Source of the DNA: an uncultured Candidatus Poseidoniales archaeon | GTDB taxonomy: Archaea; Thermoplasmatota; Poseidoniia; Poseidoniales; Poseidoniaceae | Assembly: GCA_964613395.1 (NCBI GenBank) | Contig: CAZTGO010000002.1 | Span: forward strand, 159,631 to 223,630 | Length of the DNA stretch: 64,000 nucleotides | Direction of reading: 5' to 3' | In this document: piece by piece, positions 60,197 through 64,000 of the stretch | Numbering within the stretch: the stretch's first letter is position 1 | Layout of the letters: each line of letters starts with the position of its first letter | Made by a program: the position numbers and the translations under genes | The notes under the pieces: model-generated | Databases searched by the model: none | Told to the model about the DNA's origin: nothing | The model's input: the letters and a program-made list of their open reading frames with translations, nothing else

Positions 60197-61798
60197 GTGG
60201 TTCTTATGCACTGGGCTGATGTTGCAGCATCAAGATTAGCCGAGCGAGGCAACAAGCACATCATAGCAGCCGGTATTACTCCGAGTGGAGAATTTCATAT
60301 CGGCCATATTCGTGAGATTCTTACTGGAGAGATCATATCAAGAGCATGTCATCATCTAGGCCTTGAAGTCGATTTTATTTTCATCGTGGATTCAGCAGAC
60401 CCGCTTCGCAAAGTCTACCCATTTTTACACGAAGATTATTCAAATTACATCGGACACCAAATTGGGAACATCCCTCCACCAGACCACAATGGCCGTCCAG
60501 ACCACGAAGCATTTTCAAACGGATTGACATATGCCCAATTTTTCCTTGAGCCATTCCTCGAGGCACTTGCAGAGATAGGTGTTCGGCCAAGAATTGTGGA
60601 TAATCTTGAAATGTACCGTATGGGAAAATTCGAGCCATTCGCAAAAATGGCATGCGAGAATATTGACGTTGTACGAGAAATTATCGAGAGGGTGTCAGGT
60701 CGAGAACTTCCTGATGACTGGTTCCCTTGGACTCCACTCGATACGAACGGAAAACTTGGAGATGTGAGCATTACAGATTATCAGCATCCAATTGTCACTT
60801 TTGTCCAAAACGATGGAGTTGTTGGCACATCAGATATTTCTAAAGGAGAAGGAAAATTACCATGGAGAATTGATTGGCCTGCACGATGGTCATTCAACGA
60901 AATAACGATGGAGCCATTCGGTAAAGATCACGGGACCTCTGGCGGATCATACGATACAGGGAAGGAATTATCAGCATTTTTTGGGTACCAAGCCCCTGAA
61001 CCTTTGACATATGAATGGATTAGCCTCAAAGGACAGGGTGCAATGTCTTCATCGGTTGGTAACACAATTGGCCCCATGGAAGCCCTTCGCCTCGTTCCTC
61101 CGGAAATATTGCGTCTACTCGTCACAAAAACCAAACCAAACAAGGCAATCGAATTTGATACAGGCATGGGGCTTGTCACCATCGCGGATGAATATGAACG
61201 TCTTGCATCGCGAGATTTTGAGCAAGAACTTGCCCAGGATAATTTGAGCCGTCGACAAAAAGTTCAGGTAGAAGATGCTCAAGCTGCACTGCGTTATTCA
61301 GTGGTTGCTCACGGCGAGGAGGCTGTCTCTGAATCAGTTTCATTTCGTCATCTCGCTATGTTAGCCCAAATCCGTACAGTAGACGATGATGTCTTTGCTT
61401 TACTTCAGGAATCCGGTATGATCGAAAACGTCTCAGATTCACTCAAGGAGAGACTTCACCGGATGAGATACTGGACATCTTCACAACATTTCCCAGAAGA
61501 AATGAAAATACAATTACAGTCGACTCTTAGTCATGACTTTATTGCATCAAGAACGGATGAGGACAAACGAATTTATTCAGAAATGAAAGTATTATTCCAG
61601 GATGTCCTTTGGAAGTCTGATGAACTTCAATCGATTTTTGGTCAAGTTTCAAATGCTTCGGGATTGCCGATTAGGAACGTGTATAAGGCGTCATACTTGC
61701 TTTTTTTAGGCTCTGAAAAAGGCCCAAGGCTTGCACCAATTTTAGAAGCTTGGAATAGAGAGAGCGTTCTTGCCCTTCTTGAACAAGCCCTCAGATGA
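60197..61798 (+). CDS. lysS: lysine--tRNA ligase, class I
   Basis: 533 aa; HIGHIRE (HIGH) and GAMSSSVGN (KMSKS-type) motifs; class I LysRS length. Confidence 0.95.
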   Translation: MVLMHWADVAASRLAERGNKHIIAAGITPSGEFHIGHIREILTGEIISRACHHLGLEVDFIFIVDSADPLRKVYPFLHEDYSNYIGHQIGNIPPPDHNGRPDHEAFSNGLTYAQFFLEPFLEALAEIGVRPRIVDNLEMYRMGKFEPFAKMACENIDVVREIIERVSGRELPDDWFPWTPLDTNGKLGDVSITDYQHPIVTFVQNDGVVGTSDISKGEGKLPWRIDWPARWSFNEITMEPFGKDHGTSGGSYDTGKELSAFFGYQAPEPLTYEWISLKGQGAMSSSVGNTIGPMEALRLVPPEILRLLVTKTKPNKAIEFDTGMGLVTIADEYERLASRDFEQELAQDNLSRRQKVQVEDAQAALRYSVVAHGEEAVSESVSFRHLAMLAQIRTVDDDVFALLQESGMIENVSDSLKERLHRMRYWTSSQHFPEEMKIQLQSTLSHDFIASRTDEDKRIYSEMKVLFQDVLWKSDELQSIFGQVSNASGLPIRNVYKASYLLFLGSEKGPRLAPILEAWNRESVLALLEQALR

Positions 61799-61835
61799 AC
61801 TTGATGTAGAGATTCTATCATTGGTTACGCCTTGA

Positions 61836-63095
61836 ATGAATTTTTTTTCGGAAATGATTGAAAAACCGTTGAGGTTATTGGGACTCATGGCGGGGGTCTA
61901 TTGTCCAACCTGTGAGTCAAAAGTAGAGGTAATTGCAACCTATTGTCTCACATGCGGTCATGATTTGAACCGCCAGGGCCCCATCACTTCGACAGGTCAT
62001 GATCTAAATCAACTCAAAGAAGCAATTCGAATGAGAGACGATTTGTCAATGGCTGAAAAATTTGATATGATTGGCCAGATTGAAAACGGAGCAAACCCGA
62101 TTGAGTTAGGAATTGCAGCAGCAGCTGACGATGACGGTGGAGCTGGACTGGATGAGGCTTTTGCAGTTGCAGAACAAATGGAAGTGCCAACTTCTCTATC
62201 ATCAATAAGTTGGGGTTCATCGGAAACGCCAAGGGAAATTATTCTCTCAGCCTTCGAAAATGATTCATTTAGCAATACTGTAACATCAGGAAAATTTGAC
62301 TCCCATCAAGATTTGATCAACGAGTCGATGGATATAGGGTTGAAGACATTACACAAATTACTCGAAGTTACTCAACTGAAAGCCCTTGATAAAATGAAAG
62401 ATTCGATGACAGACATCCCAATCATGAAACCACCGAAAAAGAGTTTCTGCCCAAAATGTGGTTCAGATATCATCGAAAATACGATGTTCCAATGGAAAAA
62501 GTGGCAAGGTCTCAACAATGATTTGCTTGCAATTCAACTTGAAGCTAGTATGTCTGCTGCTCTTATGCACGCAGCATCATCATACATTGATGAGATTCGA
62601 ACACTAAAAGACACCATTGAACAGCTTGAATCAAATGCATCATCTGCTAAGCCAAGTACATCTGAAAAACCTACATCTGAAAAACCTGCATCTGAAACCA
62701 AACCAAAGCAAGAAGAAAAGAAAACCGATGATGAGGAGCCCAAGAAATTAGAGAAGGTAGAGGAGAAGAAAGAGCCAAAACCAGAAAAGAAGCCGGAACC
62801 GAAGAAAAAATCAGGTGGAATGTTTGGTGCAAAGAAACCCAAAAGAACTTACGAGGGCGAACCAGGGGGAAAGGCAGAATGGTTCCTCAAAGAAGCACTG
62901 GATACAGTGTATGACCCACATGGTACTGGAAAAGTTTTGAAACCAAACACAATTCTCGCACGGTCTTCAGATGGAAATGTTCGTGTCAAGGACGTTATTC
63001 TCACGTATGCAGAGAAAGGTGAAGGCGAAATTCCAGAACTTGCTCACACAAGCCCAGTGACAAAATACCTCATTGAAGCATTCGATAAATGCTGA
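61836..63095 (+). CDS. zinc-ribbon protein with Lys/Pro/Glu-rich low-complexity repeat
   Basis: 419 aa; two CxxC...CxxC ribbons (CPTCESKVEVIATYCLTCGH; CPKCGSDI); SAKPSTSEKPTSEKPASETKPKQEEKK...KKPEPKKK; conserved-looking C-terminal about 90 aa. Confidence 0.5.
   Translation: MNFFSEMIEKPLRLLGLMAGVYCPTCESKVEVIATYCLTCGHDLNRQGPITSTGHDLNQLKEAIRMRDDLSMAEKFDMIGQIENGANPIELGIAAAADDDGGAGLDEAFAVAEQMEVPTSLSSISWGSSETPREIILSAFENDSFSNTVTSGKFDSHQDLINESMDIGLKTLHKLLEVTQLKALDKMKDSMTDIPIMKPPKKSFCPKCGSDIIENTMFQWKKWQGLNNDLLAIQLEASMSAALMHAASSYIDEIRTLKDTIEQLESNASSAKPSTSEKPTSEKPASETKPKQEEKKTDDEEPKKLEKVEEKKEPKPEKKPEPKKKSGGMFGAKKPKRTYEGEPGGKAEWFLKEALDTVYDPHGTGKVLKPNTILARSSDGNVRVKDVILTYAEKGEGEIPELAHTSPVTKYLIEAFDKC
62658..62700. 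repeat. tandem 15-nt direct repeat (acatctgaaaaacct, two full copies plus a partial third) inside the zinc-ribbon protein gene
   Basis: identical 15-mers at 62658-62672 and 62673-62687, followed by gcatctgaaacca; encodes the TSEKP repeats. Confidence 0.6.
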
Positions 63096-64000
63096 TCAAT
63101 AATGAACTGTGAGTTGCCTCGGCTCCAAAGTATCATGTTGATGAGCCCGCATTGCAGCGACTTCCATGTCTGCACCACGGATTGTAGTGACAAACGGTAT
63201 ATTCAATTCAACCGCCAATCGTCTCATCATATTTCCATCTCGAACGGCACCTCCGGAAATCGTTGGAACATTGATGATAAAGGACACCTTTCCTTGTCTC
63301 ATAAGGTCCAATGCGTCTGGGTGTTTTCCTTCTGCAATTCGATACACTGTTGTAACTTGAATTCCTCCGTCACGTAATGCGTCGGCAGTTCCGGGTGTGG
63401 CGTAGAGCGTGAATCCTAATTGTTGTAATTCTTCAGCGATAGGAATGAGTCCTTTTTTATCTTCATCGCGAACAGTAAGATAGACTCCACCCTTCGTAGC
63501 AACAGGAACTTCTGTTGCCAATCGTGCCTTGAGGTAGGCAAAATCCGCTCTCTTATCGGAACCATACACTTCGCCTGTTGATTTCATTTCAGGACCGGGA
63601 GCAGGATCGAGACCTCTCAATTTGATGAACGGGAACACTGGGGCCTTGACACAGACTTGGCCACTGGTTCTCCTTGGAATTGTTTGAGAGGATAGTGGAT
63701 GTCCGATGGTGACCATTGCAGCAATTCGGGCGAGTGGTAAACCAGAGGCTTTTGCTACGAAGGGCACCGTTCTTGAGGAACGGGGATTGACTTCAAGAAC
63801 ATACAATGTATCATTCTGTATAGCGAATTGTATGTTGAAGCAACCCTTAATTTTGAGGCCAAGGCCAATGATTTTTGTTTGTTCTTCAACTTGTTTCAGG
63901 AGTTCTTCCGATATGTTTTGAGCAGGGATAAAACAAGTCGAGTCACCTGAATGAATACCTGCTTCCTCTAGATGTTCCATAATCGCTCCAACAAGAACTT
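63096..64000 (-). CDS. carB: carbamoyl-phosphate synthase large subunit, 3' terminal portion (the gene continues beyond the window end)
   Basis: C-terminal MGS-like domain (KGGVYLTVRDEDKKGLIPIAEELQQLGFTLYATPGTADAL) preceded by ATP-grasp/oligomerisation segments; the ORF is open at position 64000. Confidence 0.85.
   Translation of the reverse strand, partial: VLVGAIMEHLEEAGIHSGDSTCFIPAQNISEELLKQVEEQTKIIGLGLKIKGCFNIQFAIQNDTLYVLEVNPRSSRTVPFVAKASGLPLARIAAMVTIGHPLSSQTIPRRTSGQVCVKAPVFPFIKLRGLDPAPGPEMKSTGEVYGSDKRADFAYLKARLATEVPVATKGGVYLTVRDEDKKGLIPIAEELQQLGFTLYATPGTADALRDGGIQVTTVYRIAEGKHPDALDLMRQGKVSFIINVPTISGGAVRDGNMMRRLAVELNIPFVTTIRGADMEVAAMRAHQHDTLEPRQLTVHY

Overview
This reads as an archaeal chromosomal segment: moderate GC by eye, with a D/E-rich predicted proteome. 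It carries about 55 tightly packed protein-coding genes on both strands. I found no rRNA, tRNA, CRISPR array, transposase or integrase by eye.

Recognisable content, in map order:
- **Translation and information processing:** ribosomal protein L10e, aRF1 (NIKS and GGQ motifs), aIF2-beta, ArgRS, class I LysRS, a Nog1-type GTPase, Hel308, and a Cgi121-like protein.
- **Replication and repair:** a three-gene RPA operon, plus bacterial-type MutS-MutL and overlapping GyrB-GyrA operons.
- **Metabolism:** aroA, aroD, moaA, idsA coupled to a geranylgeranyl reductase, an IPMS/HCS-family protein, tmk (fused to an unknown domain), ubiX, pyrH, folB, pterin-4a-carbinolamine dehydratase, the TldD/PmbA pair, and the 3' end of carB at the window edge.
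- **Type IV filament genes:** a FlaI/CpaF-family ATPase and two half-size platform proteins, with a class III-signal pilin located 5 kb away.
- **Exported peptidases:** a dense set of signal-peptide or membrane-anchored enzymes, including a 1399-aa PKD-repeat gluzincin, two M28 peptidases (one fused to a SAP motif), an M14 enzyme and a CarboxypepD_reg membrane protein.

The gene repertoire is consistent with a marine planktonic euryarchaeote such as Marine Group II/Poseidoniales, but that placement is inference only.

Candidates most worth a second look:
- the co-directional RPA41/32/14 operon running into the ATPase and split-platform filament genes;
- the platform protein encoded as two in-frame halves separated by TGA-TAG;
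- a divergent pair of unknown proteins, one with tandem SAP motifs;
- the SAP-TM-M28 fusion;
- the tmk fusion;
- the surface proteolysis island.

The ORF track includes non-ATG (TTG/GTG) starts rendered as M, for example gyrA and RPA, so several 5' ends are approximate.
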